Positions 37,532 to 50,948 of a stretch of DNA of 64,000 bases are shown in pieces (within the stretch, counting starts at the first letter, position 1; every line of letters starts with the position of its first letter). Both the position numbers and the translations under genes were made by a program. The notes under the pieces are model-generated. The model saw only the letters and a program-made list of their open reading frames with translations. It had not been told where the DNA came from and searched no databases. Source of the stretch: Octopus bimaculoides (Eukaryota); assembly GCF_001194135.2 (NCBI RefSeq), contig NC_068984.1, positions 4,614,666 to 4,678,665 of the forward strand. The letters run 5' to 3'.

Positions 37532-40500
37532 CAGGACTCATATAGTGTTTTGGGAGAACAATTCTTTTACTTGTTTCAGGCATTCGTGTTGGTGACCCAT
37601 AAAAGGCACCTTGTGCACTCTGTACAGTGGTCGGTGTTAGGAAGGGCATCCAGCCCTAGAAACCAAACCAAAACAGGCTGGAGCCTGGTGTAGCTTTCCA
37701 GCTCACCAGTTCCAGTCAAACTGTCTAACCCATGCCAGCATGGAAAACGGATGTTAAATGATGATGATGATGATAACTGAAAAGTTTTTCTGTAAATCTT
37801 AATAAAAGTTAAAACTTTAGTGGGTGGGAAAGGGATAGAACTCTACTGCCGTCTGGCAAGTGGTCATGTAGTGGGTTAGATTGCCATGTAGTGTACTTAA
37901 TATTATGAAGTGCACTACATGTTAAGTATGGGTGTACAAGAGGTGTAAGCACAGGGGATCAGAGGTTGGCTGAGAAAAAAAGAAGGGTTCTGTATGTAGG
38001 ATATATGCAGATGTAGCTATCTGTAGAAGCACAGATGAATTAAAATTTCCAAATTCTTGAAGGGCTCCCTAAATGTAGGTGATAAATTTTCTTATCTGGT
38101 TGACCTAATCAGCATTGGAAGTAGGTCATGTTCTTGACCTCCATTATCTCAGTGACCTAATTAAAAGTGGTGGAGGTTAAATTAGCTAGAGTAAGAATAA
38201 GGTGGAAAAAGTTCAAGGAATTATAGTCTCTGTTTGCAACAAAGAAATTCTCTTTCTAAAAGAATGTTAGAATGTGATGCTTGTCTTTAGAATATGGTTT
38301 GTGAGTGCAGAAGACATGCAGAGGTTGATGGCCGATGCCAGTGCCATCTAACTGGTAGCTGTGCTTGTGGCATGTAAAAAGCACAATTCGAGTGTTGGGC
38401 TTCATAGAGGCAGTGGCAGGTGACCAAGACCCTTGGCAATATACCATGCTTGTGTTGACCTGTCAAGCTAAGTGAGACCATTGTCGTGGCTGATGGCGGT
38501 GTCAGGTGAATGGCACCTGTGCCGGTGGCATGTAAAAAGTACCCACTACACTCTCGGAGTGGTTGGCATTAGGAAGGGCATCCAGCTGTAGAAACTTTGC
38601 CAGATCAGATTGGAGCCTGGTGCAGCCTCCTAGCTTGCCAGTTCTCAGTCAAACTGTCCAACCCATGCCAGCATGGAAAGCAGATGTTAAACGATGATGA
38701 TGATGATTGATTAAATGTGTAGTGTTAGTTTGTATGGATGATGAAATGTAAATGAACTGAGAGAAGAAGTGAATATAAGAGTGATCGACTGAAATGTGTA
38801 TAACTGATAATCGAGTTGTTATGGCTGGACATGTGATGCTTCTTGAGAAGGACATTTCTCTGAAGAAGCTGAAAGGAAATGACAAAATTCTACAACATAT
38901 AGGTAGATGCTTTGCTTAAGAAGAGCCTACCAAATCCGTGCAAGCTTGAAAAATGGTGTTAAAATGATGATGTTGGTCATCATCTCCATCATCATCATTT
39001 AAAGTGCATGTCCCACCTTGTCATGGGTTGGATGGTTTGACAGGATCTGATGGACCCAGGGACTGTATCATGTCCCAATGTCTGCTTTGGCATGGTTTCT
39101 GTGGCTGGTTCTCCTTCCTAACACCAACCACTTTTACGAATGTATTGGGTGCTTTGTTTTCATGCCACCAACACTTTTATTGAGGTCGCCATGCTGCTTG
39201 CAAGACTATAAACCCTGAAGAGGATGGAGTTGGCTTTATGCTAGGGGTTAAAGTATGAGAGAAGGGTGGGGTGGACAGAGCAAGTTCTTGTTGAAGGGCT
39301 GCATGGTTGCTCACATTTAGAAGGGGAGAGAGAGAATGATCAACAGGAGCTGTGAAGAGATATTGGAGATGAGGTGTCCAGGTGGCCCCCTCAGGGCATG
39401 TGGTGAGTAGAAGTGAGTGGGTGGGGGATAACAGAATTGTAAGGGGAACAGGAGATGAGGGGACAAGGAGCAAGCCTGCAACTACTAACCTTTGCCATTC
39501 ACTATTTCCAACCGTTTTTGGGANNNNNNNNNNNNNNNNNNNNNNNNNNNNNNNNNNNNNNNNNNNNNNNNNNNNNNNNNNNNNTTTTTTTTTTTTTTTT
39601 TTTTTTTTTTGGTAAGCAGGGTACAACAAAGATCAGAAAGTATCTCTTTCGTAGACCTCAGAGTGGGAAAGACAGAGAGGAGAAAACAGGATATGGGAGA
39701 GAGAGAGAGAGGAGGGTGTTTATGCACAGATTGAAGAAGGGGGAAAGAAAGCAGGGTGAAAGGAGAGAGATGAAAGTCATAAGAGAAAGAGGGAGGGAAG
39801 GAGAGATGTGAGAGTGTCATCATGGTGCTGCATTGCTTAGTTGCCAAGGAAGTATGTGTCGAGATGCTTTACCATTCTCAGTAGTGGTTGCTCTGCTGCA
39901 CTTAAATGCATGTGTTTGTTGTTCGTAACCTGTCTTCTGATACCACCGTTTTATACACATATTCCGATTGCTTAATAATTCATAAACAGATAACAAAATG
40001 AATATTAATGTCTTAGCTTCATCAAGTCCAGTGTTTTGGCTTCACTGCTAAACTGAAAACTTTGTTTGATTGCAAACTGGTAATTAGGAACAAGGAAAGA
40101 AACTGCAGGTTTCTTCCTCCACTGCAGAACATGGCTGGGGCTTTTTTGTTTTTTTTTCATATTCTCTTGCATCTAATCTGAACATTTTTGCATATTTGCA
40201 TATATTTTAATTGCTTAGTTATATTAACTCATGACTAAAAAACAAAATAAATAGTAATTTATGTCCAAACCAGATATACCATATCATCATCATTGTTGTT
40301 TAACATCCCCTTTCCATGCTGGCATGGGTTGGATGGTTTGGCTGAGAACTGGCAAGCCAGGAGGCTGCACCAGGCTCCAATCTGATTTCGCAAGGCTTCT
40401 ACAGCTGGATGCCCTTCCTAACATCAACCACTCCGAGAGTGTAGTGGGTGCTTTTACGTGCCACTGGCATAAGGGCCAATCAGGTGGTATTGGCAATGAC

Positions 40501-41151
40501 CATGCTCAAAAGGTGTTTTTTATGTGCTACCTGCATGGGTGCCAGTCCAACAGCACTGGCAACGACGACGTTCGAATGTTGTTTTTCACATGCCACCAGC
40601 ACATGTGCCAGTAAGGCGATACTGGCAACAATCACGCTCGTATGGTGCTTTTTACATGCTATCAGCGTGGGACCCAATCAGTGGCCCTGGCAACGGTCAC
40701 ACTCGGATGGTGTTTTTAATGTGGATTTTGATTTCACTTGCCTCAACAGGTCTTTGCAAGCAAACTTTATTGTCCAATGAATGAAGGGTATTCATAACTG
40801 GGCTTTATGATGTTTGTGATAATGTGTTAATATATTCCATAGTTAACATGCATTTCATTCAGCTCGTTCACTGAATGCTTTGTGTGTCTTTAAAAGGTGT
40901 GCTGCAGTCGAATGTATTTGCTGTGGTCTTTCTATTGTCCTGTGGCTTTGTCCTCGATCCTTTAGTCATTTTAATTAGTGGTTTTTGTTTTTATCCTGTG
41001 CATTTCTTTATCAAATGCTTTGTTAGTGAAGCAAAATCTAAATGTTCTTTGTGTTTGGATAGTGTTTGTTTCCATATATGGGTATGCTTTTTTTTTTTAT
41101 TATTAATCAGCAGAAGTCACAGAGGGACTTAAAGGCCAATTGTAAAATGTA

Positions 41152-41320
41152 TATCATCATCATTATCATCATCGGCATCATCATCATCATCATCATCATC
41201 GGCATCATTAGCGTCATTGTCATCATCATCATTGTCATCATCGGCATCATCATCATCATCTATGGCATCATCATCATCATCTATGGCATCATCATCATCA
41301 TCTTTGGCATCATCATCATT
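41152..41320 (+). repeat. Compound (ATC)n microsatellite with interspersed GGC/TAT variants (expanded tail of a family B copy)
   Basis: Repeated (atc)n-ggc units adjoin gtttaatgtctgttttccat, the family B 3' end on the minus strand. Confidence 0.9.
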
Positions 41321-44300
41321 GTTGTTTAATGTCTGTTTTCCATACTGGCTTGAATTGGATGGATTGACAGGACCTTCACTAGGTTCCAATTGTCTGTTTT
41401 GGTATGGTTTCTATGGCTGGATGCCTTTCCCAATGCCAACCACTTTATAGAGTGTACTGGCTGCTTTTTACATGGCACCAAAACAAGTGCTTTTATATGT
41501 GGCAGCAGCACAAATATAAAATAAAGTTATTTTATTCCACACGAATAGAAATAAAGAAAAAAGAAGTTGAAAATGTGCTGGGATTCATTTAGATTTTTTA
41601 ATTTTATATTTTTAAATTGGAAGAAATTTGCAGCAAAGCTCCAAGTCTTTCTATCGTGACTTTTGAAAATCAGGAATTTGTGAAACCGGTTAAATCTTTC
41701 AAAATTTGAAAATGAAAAATAAAAAATTCTTAACAAATCCCTGTGCATTTTCAATCTCTTTCATAAATATATGTGTGTATGTGTGTGTGTGTGTGTGTGT
41801 GCATTTATTTATGCTTTTATGTAAGCAAATGTGATGTATGTTGTTAATTTCTTTGAGTATTTACATCTGAAATTGATTCATATATTTAGGAATTTTATTT
41901 GTACTGTTTAGATGTTGAATTTTAATACAGACTTGTTCCTTTTGTGTACCTTTTAATTTTTACCAAAATATTCCAGTGTAGTCTTTGAGTTGTTTCTAGC
42001 TCTGCATGTAATTTCTAATGTTTTGCATATAACAAGCATGTACTTAACATGGATATACTGTCGAAAGCCACAAAACCGCAGTATTTGTCTCAAGAAAGCT
42101 TCTCATATTGACATATAGTGCTAGAAGGCAGATAAGTTTATCAGTTGCAGATGAAAAGCATCCAGCAACATGATGAGGGAGGAAAGAGCCCAGGGTTCAA
42201 CATAGAGCAGGGTCCAACCTACCCCCAAATGGTGCAGATCGCTACTACAAAGTTGTCCGCAACCAGGTCTATAAATCCCACATGAGTCCTGAATTCCCAC
42301 ATAAGACGAGAGGAGGACAAAACATTGAACTAAGAATATTGTGCAGCTGTGTCCTGCCAAATCCTCATTCCTCAAAATAACAAGGAGAGAGTCCAATATT
42401 CTAAGGCAATAGTCTTCTTCCAATCATATTTAAGAAGGATAAAGGCTGTACTCTTGTGTTAAATGTGACAGGGACTTGTTAAACAATGTCCTGATTATCT
42501 CCTTAATTACTGGGTATTTCTCTAATTACTAGTTATCTTCCAAAATGCTCCATTGCTTCTTGCTTAATATAAACAAAACTTAAAAATAACGAAAGAAACT
42601 CTACTACTACTATTACTACTACTACTACTACTACTACTAGTATTATCACCACCATTACTACTATAATTACAAGAAACCCATTGCCAGTCAAAGTAAAGTA
42701 GTAAAGTTTGTATATTTTCATCAATTCAATGTATTATTGTTGCTCAATACATATAAATATGATGACCTACAATAATGGTATGTTGAGAGAATTTAATTCA
42801 CATTGCAGTTGACTATCCTTCCTCTGGAGTCAATAAAATAATCGTTAGTAATGTAATTACTTAGTTAATTTTATCAAGTATAACATCTTTGTGTCAAACC
42901 CAGAACTGTGTCTAGAGGCAGATGCAGTCATTTTGTTTTTAGTCTCTGACAGTCTACAGCATTGTCTATAATATACGTATGTATGTATATACGTATGTAT
43001 GTTTGTAGTCTGTATACTTAACTGGCAATCCTACCAAGCCTGCCTGCTTGGTAAGAAGGGTAGTTTTTATTGGACACTCCGCAGGAGGAAACACAAACCC
43101 TATCAAAGGGCAGATAACGTAGGGTCAACAGCCATCAAACAACTGGGAGTGAGAGACCAGTGACCTTTGCTTAGACATCTTTCTAAGAGATGGAAAACTC
43201 TGATGTAATGCCTGCGACTTCCTTTGCATCCAATGATGTAGACGAGTCCTTCTTTTTGGACAAATGCATACAAACAATTTAGGGAGTGGGATTGGCCCTG
43301 TGCAAAGCCTTTTTTCACTTTAAAATGCTCCAGGCACAGGGGTCGCTTGTTTTGTAACATTTCTATTTTATGTTGCATTCTGTGTCTGGCTGTAGCTGAG
43401 AAAGGCAAAAAACCTCAATGGAAAAATTCATGATGGAATGAAGGGATGTGTCAGCATGGGTGGTAACCCTGGAAACACCCCCTCCTGCAAGAGGGGCCCC
43501 CTCATTGCCACATCTGGTTAAAAGAGTGTAAGTCTCTAGCAGGACTGAAAAACCACATCTGAGCTGCTCATATTTAAGAGAACAATCAAATGATGTCACT
43601 ACTCGAAATCTAGCTGCATCCATCTTGTATGTCTACAAAACAATTATTATGTTATGTTCCAGCTGGGAGAGAGTCATTAGCACATTGGACAGAATGCTTT
43701 GTGGACTTTCTTCTAGTTCTTTACATTCTGAGTTCAAATCCTGCTGAGGTCAGCTTTGCATTTCATCCTTTCAAAGTCAATAAAAAAAACGTACCAGTCA
43801 AATACTAGGTCAACGTAATTAGCTATCTCCCCCCTCCCTTTAAAAAATTTCTCTTTTGTGCCACCATTTGAGTTCAAATCATACCAAGGTTGATTTTATT
43901 TGTCATCCTGTAGATGCAGGCATGGCTGTGTGGTTAAGCAGCTTGTTTCCTAATCACCACTTTCAGGTTCAGTCCCACTGCATAGCACCTTGGTAAGTGT
44001 GTTTTACTAAAACCCTGGGTCAACCAACCTTGTGAGTTGATTTGGTAGATGAAAACTGAAAGAAGCCCAGCATACATATGTGTGTGTGTGTGTGTGTGTG
44101 TGTGTTTGTGTGTGTCTCCTTATCTTGACATTGTACTGGTGCCATGTAGAAAGCAGCCAGTAGACCCCATAAAGTGGTTGGCATTAGAAAGAGCATCTAG
44201 CTGTAGATCAGTCATTTGGTTCTTATTGTGCCTTGTGGCACTTGAGGCAAAAACAAGATCATTCCACCTTCTAAAACGGAAAGCATCCTTCACAGCTTGT

Positions 44301-46469
44301 TCCATTGTTAACTCTCTGCTTTTAAGATTGTTCTCTGCCATGTTTCCTTTGGTCGGCCACGTCTTCTTTTACCTTGTAGAGAACCCATTGCAAAACGATT
44401 CTGACAATTGAGTTCAGTTTATAGTGACAAACTCGACCCAGTCCTTTTCATCTCCTTGCTTCAATAGTTTTTCCAGCTGTAGAAACCCTACAAAAATAGA
44501 CAATGGAGCCTGGCACAGCTTTCCGGTTTGCCAGTTCCTGTCAAACTGTCCAACCCATATCAGCATGGAAAATGGATGTTAGACGATGGTGATGACGTGC
44601 AGTAGTTGTAAAGGAGTGTGACTGTTATATAAGCAGTGTTATTCATTGTGACTCTAATGTGAAAACATGTCCTTCCTAGGGGAAATATTATCTTGCTTAG
44701 AAACACGTAAGTGTTGGCAGAGGGAAGGATATTTGTTTACGGAAAATGGGATTTGGTGAATTCTATCTGACCCATGCTCACATGGAAATGTGGACTTTAA
44801 AACTATGATTGTGATCTTTACAGAATTTCTAAAATAAGGACCTGCGAGATTTCATTTTTCTTTTCTTTTCTTTATTTTTTATTATGTTATCTCTTTTAAA
44901 TGGGGTTCACTTTTCATGAAAGAGTATGTTTATGTCAAAGGGAATACATCTATATAGGGGCAGATGTGGTTGTGTGTTAAGAAGTTTGCTTCCCAACCAC
45001 ATGGTTCTGGGTTCAGTCCCACTGTGTAGCACATTGGGCGAGTGTCTTCTGCTATAGTTTTGAGCCTACCAAACCCATGTGAGAGGATTTGGTAGGTGGA
45101 AACTTGAAGAAGCTTGTCATCTATATGTGTGTTTGTGTCTGTGTTTATCTCCCACCTCTGCTTGACAGCTGGTGTTGGTTTGTTTATATCTCCATAACTT
45201 CGTGGTTTGACAAAGAGACCGATAGAAAAAACACCACGCTTAAAAAATAAAAAAAATAAATACTGGGGTTGATTTGTTCAGCCAAAATTCTTCATAGTGG
45301 TACCCTAGCATGGCTGCAGTCAGATGATTGAAACAAGTAAAAGAATAAAAGAATATTTGTGTGTGTCTGTCTGTGTAGGAGTGTGTGAGTGTGTGTGTGT
45401 GTGTGTGTGTTGGTAATACCGTTTCTGATTGATGCTGTGCATGTGATGGCAATAAAGTGGGGTTGATGCCATCGACTAACCCCGTCCCCTTAAAATTGCT
45501 GCTGTTGTGCCAAAATCAAAGACTGTTCCATTTAAGTGTTATTTTATATTTTTTTTGAATTTCAATAAAATTTTTGCTGTTTTTGCGAAGAATGTTTGAA
45601 ATGGCTTTTAGAGACAGAAAGAAAATAAAATCATAATCATTTATAACATTAGACCAAATATTAGTGAAAGTTCCTGCCAGAAGATAAAGAATGAGGCCAA
45701 TTTTTTTCTGATACAAATCAATTCATGAAAAATAGAATGGTTTTAAGAAAATTAAGAAAATTAATTTTAGGAGTAGAAATAAGAAATAACAAAATTATTT
45801 TTAATAATCTAAAAAAATAGACCAAAAATGACCATTGAGACTTTAATATTGTCATCACTGAAAATTTTCAAGACAAGCAATGTGTTCTTTGTGAAGATTA
45901 GCTTTTAATATGTTACTACTGATTTTAGGTGGCACCAGTCCACACTGTAAAGTAGTTGGCATTTGGAAGGACATCCAACTGTAAAAACCATGCCAAAACT
46001 GACCTTTCCTGTGCTGGTGTGATGTAAAAACACTCTGCCCACTATGTGGGATGGTTGGTTTTAGGGAGGGCATCCAGACACAGAAGTCTGGTGCAGTCTT
46101 CTGCCTGACCAGCTGCTGTCAAACTGTCCAACCCATGCCAGCATGGAAGGTGGGCATTAAACGCTGATGATAAGCTGTTGGCTCACTGGGCAAAATACTT
46201 AGTGTCCTCATGTCACTCTTTATGCTCTGAGTTCAAATTCTGCCATGGTCAACTTTGCTTTTTATCCTTTCGGGGCTGATAAAATAAGTTTCTGTTGAGC
46301 ATTGGGGTTGATGTAATTGACCATCCCCCCCCCCATCTCCTCCGAAACTGCTGGCCTTGCATCAAAATTTGAAACCAATATGTAATTCCTGATGTGTGTT
46401 GGCTTATCTGGATCCTTGAGCTGGTGGAGACCTTAATAGCTTGGAGACAAAATGTCTCTTCGTGTCACT

Positions 46470-47040
46470 TTCTCAAAACTTCTGATCCCAGTTACAATTT
46501 TGTCCATTGATTATTCTGGTTGTGCCAAGGAGGCAAACCTTTTGTAAGAGTTCTACTGGGCACTCTATTCCAATTTCCTTCATATTCCTCTTGAGGCCTT
46601 CTGATACTGTCCCCCACAAGGACCCAACAATAATTGGTACTATCTTCACTATTTTCATTTTCCAAAGCCACACTATTTTATACTTAAGAGGGTTGTGTCT
46701 ATTTTTTTGCCTTCCTTCTTGACTATTCGTGGGTCAAAGGGGCATGCAACGTCAAGTATACAGTGTATGTGGTGCACCTTGTCCACCACCAATAGGTCTG
46801 GTCTGTTATGTTCTAGCACCTGATCTGTTTGGATTGGGAAATCCCAGAGGATCTTGCAGGTCTCTGGCTCTGCCACTCTCTGTGGTTTGTGTTCATACCA
46901 CGTCTTGCTTCTCTCTAGCCCCCATTTTTCGCACAGTTTCCAATATAGCACTATTAATACCTCATCATGTCACTACAACTTGTAGTGGTTTTGGGCAAGT
47001 CTAGGGCATTCGTTTGCGATACAAGCAATGGTTTTGTCTA
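46470..47040 (-). mobile_element. 3' fragment of an R4/Dong-like non-LTR retrotransposon (zinc knuckle plus restriction-like endonuclease), pseudogenized
   Basis: Minus frames read ECPRLAQNHYKL**HDEVLIVLYWKLCEKWGL...KILWDFPIQTDQVLEHNRPDLLVVDK...LDVACPFD and VKIVPIIVGSL...LQKVCLLGT. These carry the RHD, PD..D and terminal motifs of RLE-class elements. Confidence 0.85.
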
Positions 47041-48426
47041 CTCTGTTACAGATGTGGCACAGTAGAGGCATTTTCTCATTCCTAAGGTTGACCCTCCATT
47101 TCATAGCCGAGACTTGGTCTTGTGCTGCCATATTGGAATTGTTAGTGTGTCAGGCAAAATGCCTAACAACATTTCTTTCAACTCTTTTTGTTCTGAGTTC
47201 AAATCCTGCCAAGGTTAACAGACTATGGAACCACCTCCATCATCGTTGCCATCATTGTCATCATCATCACTGTCATCATCATCACTGTCATCATCATCAT
47301 TGTCATCATCGTCATCATCATCATCGTACAAAATCTGTCATGTATTAATTTAATTAGCAGTGATGTTATCCTGAAGATTGCTGACAAAAAAGTCTCCTCA
47401 AATCTCAGGAATCCTTCCCAGGATTATTATTATTTTATAAAAAATATGTGTGGAGTATAATACACGTTCGTTCCTGTGTTGTTGTTCTAGTTGTTGTTGC
47501 ATTCACCTCTGTAGAAAGAACCTGTTGAAGACTTCTATGGGAAACTGTTTCGAATATCTTTTCTGTCTGACATTTGTAACTAGAGTGAGAGAATAGACTA
47601 CAGGTATGTTGTTAATCCTTGAGGATTAAGATTAAGGCTAAGTATAATCTTCGTACTCAGTGGATTATGATGATGTTTAAGTAGTTTTGTCATTTTCTGA
47701 AATGTGAAAACACTTTTTGGATTAATGTTTCTACCAATTGTTTTTATTATTTTAGAAAAAAAAACAACAACCTGTTTTAGATGTGGCTTTTTATTCTTTT
47801 ACTTGTTTTAGTCATTTGACTGCGGCCATGCTGGAGCACCACCTTACAGGGGGGTTTCTAAGTCAAAGAAATCGACCCAGGATTTATTCTTTGTAAGCCT
47901 AGTACTTATTCTATCAGTCTGAGGTAAACACACCAACATCGGTTGTCAAGCAATGGTGGGGGAACAAACACAAACACACACATATATATACATAGATATA
48001 GATATACAATGGGCTTCTTTCAGTTTCTGTCTACCAAATCCACTCACAAGGCTTTGGTTGGCCTGAAGTTATAGTAGAAGACGCTCAAGGTGCCATGCAG
48101 TAAGGCCGAACCCGGAACCATGTGGTTGGGGAGCAAGCTTCTTACCACAGAGCCATGCTTGGACCTAAATTCTCGTAGTAAGTGTATGTGTGTGTGTGTG
48201 TGTGTGTCCTTGTGTGTGATAGTTGTAAACAAGTGTCACTGCCATACAGGCAGTCATTCATTTCCAGGATTCTGAGAGAACATGACTGGAAGGGCATCCA
48301 GCCATAGACAATTTGCCTCAACGGGTTCCTTCTGACTCATGCAACCATGGGAAAAATAGACATAAAAAGAATGATGATGATAATGGCAATCATGATGACA
48401 ATGATACAAGCATTGAAGAGAAATTC

Positions 48427-48631
48427 TTCTCCAGCCTTCATCGGGTGTCCTGGGGAAATTTCAAACCTGGGTTCTCATTCCTAAGGTATTTTTCAATGTT
48501 GTTGTTGTTATTATAATTATTATTATTATTATTGAAGTCATTGCCTGGAATCGAACTCGGAATCCTGGGGTTAATAGCCCACGCTCTCAACCACTATGAT
48601 TCTGAGTTCGATTCCAAGCAGTGACCTGAAC

Positions 48632-48665
<34 letters not shown>

Positions 48666-48673
48666 TTGAGAAA
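48427..48673 (-). mobile_element. Fold-back copy of a tRNA-headed short retroposon with truncated hammerhead
   Basis: The minus arm (48597 to 48427) carries agtggttgagagcgtgggctattaaccccaggattccgagttcgattcc, then (TAA)n, then aacattgaaaaataccttagg...ggacacccgatgaaggctggag. A partial inverted plus arm is at 48598-48673. Confidence 0.7.
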
Positions 48674-49508
48674 TTTTTTTCTTTCTACATTTTTTCTCTT
48701 GTTTCTAACCATTTTTACCATTCTGTAAGTGTTTGTATATACCTAAAAAGTGAGCCATCAACTCCTGATTTCATGTCTTTCTCTTGGCACCACATTGGAA
48801 ATAAAGACCTGTCATTACTGATGCCATGTCTAGTAATTGGACAGTTAATGTTTGTATCATCTCCAAAATTATAGACCTGTGCCGTACTGTCAAGTTTCCT
48901 TCTAAACGCAAACAATATTTAATGCAAAGATGTTGTTTATTGTCTATTTTTAAGTCACAAATCCCTCAGGTTTCTCATTCGGGATGTAGATAATGACTAT
49001 CTCTGCAAAAGCTTTGCGTAGATTGATGCAGGTATGGTTGTGTTGTAAGAAATTTTGCACTCCAACTACGTGGTTCCGTGTTCAGTCCCAACGTGTAGTA
49101 CCTTGGGCAAGTGTCTTCTACTATAGCCCAGGGCTGACCAAAACCTTGTCAGTGGATTTGGTAGTTGGAAACAAAATGAAATCCATTATGTGTGTATATA
49201 TCATCATCATCATCATCATCGTTTAACATCCAGTTTCCATACTACCATGGGTTGGACAGTTTGACTGAGAACTGGCAGGCCGGGAGGCTGCACCAGGCTC
49301 CAGTCTGATTTGGCAGGGTTTCTACAGCTGAATGCCTTTCTTAATGCCAACCCCTCTGATAGTTTAGTGGGTACTTTTTCGTGCTACCAGCACAGGGGCC
49401 ACTTAGCTGGTACTGGCATCGACCATGCTCAAATGGTGTTTTTTGCATGCCATTGGCATGGGTGCCAGTCACGTGGTACTGGCATTGGTCACGACAAGGA
49501 TTTCATAT

Positions 49509-49579
<71 letters not shown>

Positions 49580-50327
49580 ATGGCCCATTATATATAATGA
49601 TGATGTATATAAGTGTTTGTCTTTTACCACTAAAGTAAGTACTAGGCTTAAAAGAAAATAAGCACTGGGGTCAATGTGTTTAACTAAAATTCTTCAACAT
49701 GGTGCCCCAGCATGGCCACAGTCTAAATGACTGAAACAAATCAAAGACAAAAGATATATCTTAACTTTTAAGGATACTGTCCTTAAAATCATTAACAGCA
49801 GACAAATGAAAGTCAAGCATTGTACGTACGTCAACCCCCAACGTATTCTAAATTTTGCTGCAGTACACCATTTAACTGTAGTCTGCTTCTTTTATTCTTC
49901 TGCACCATTTTCCATTCTGGTGGAATCAACTATTTACAGGATGAGTGATGGGAAGACATGGATTAAATTATATTTGCATCACTAAACTTTGCTTTATATA
50001 TATTTCTGAATTCATTGATTTTTCTTGGTTTATTGTGAAACTGTAGAGAATTTTGGTTTTGTTTACGTCTTCCTTTTTTTTTTTTTATCAAATCTAAAAG
50101 ACACACATAAAAAAAAAAAATTTGAATAAATAATACAGGAAACATTTTGTTTAATGCAGTAATGATGAGTGTTTGTAAATTGAACAAGATTCTCAGTATT
50201 TTCACTGGAAAAATTTATTGAGGATTGTTTTGCTGTTTTTGTTTCGATTAGAAATCTGTGAAAAGTAATTGAAGATATGTGAGGCATAGATAGACAGATC
50301 GACATATGTATAATATATATATATATA

Positions 50328-50948
50328 NNNNNNNNNNNNNNNNNNNNNNNNNNNNNNNNNNNNNNNNNNNNNNNNNNNNNNNNNNNNNNNNNNNNNNNNN
50401 NNNNNNNNNNNNNNNNNNNNNNNNNNNNNNNNNNNNNNNNNNNNNNNNNNNNNNNNNNNNNNNNNNNNNNNNNNNNNNNNNNNNNNNNNNNNNNNNNNNN
50501 NNNNNNNNNNNNNNNNNNNNNNNNNNNNNNNNNNNNNNNNNNNNNNNNNNNNNNNNNNNNNNNNNNNNNNNNNNNNNNNNNNNNNNNNNNNNNNNNNNNN
50601 NNNNNNNNNNNNNNNNNNNNNNNNNNNNNNNNNNNNNNNNNNNNNNNNNNNNNNNNNNNNNNNNNNNNNNNNNNNNNNNNNNNNNNNNNNNNNNNNNNNN
50701 NNNNNNNNNNNNNNNNNNNNNNNNNNNNNNNNNNNNNNNNNNNNNNNNNNNNNNNNNNNNNNNNNNNNNNNNNNNNNNNNNNNNNNNNNNNNNNNNNNNN
50801 NNNNNNNNNNNNNNNNNNNNNNNNNNNNNNNNNNNNNNNNNNNNNNNNNNNNNNNNNNNNNNNNNNNNNNNNNNNNNNNNNNNNNNNNNNNNNNNNNNNN
50901 NNNNNNNNNNNNNNNNNNNNNNNNNNNNNNNNNNNNNNNNNNNNNNNN
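50328..50948. other. Assembly gap (N run)
   Basis: Run of n. Confidence 1.

Noticed and set aside
41129-41450. Poly-Asp/Ile/Ser ORFs
   Set aside because: Translations of an (ATC)n microsatellite at a retroposon tail. The many poly-YI, VC and HT ORFs elsewhere arise the same way.
42121-42500. 100-aa minus-strand ORF as a gene
   Set aside because: No recognisable protein. A neighbouring frame has an FIDL-like remnant, suggesting a decayed LINE RT, but too weakly to annotate.
43030-43620. Possible LINE 5'UTR with an HDV-like ribozyme (also 55640-55790)
   Set aside because: I could not build the nested double-pseudoknot pairings by eye. This needs a descriptor search.
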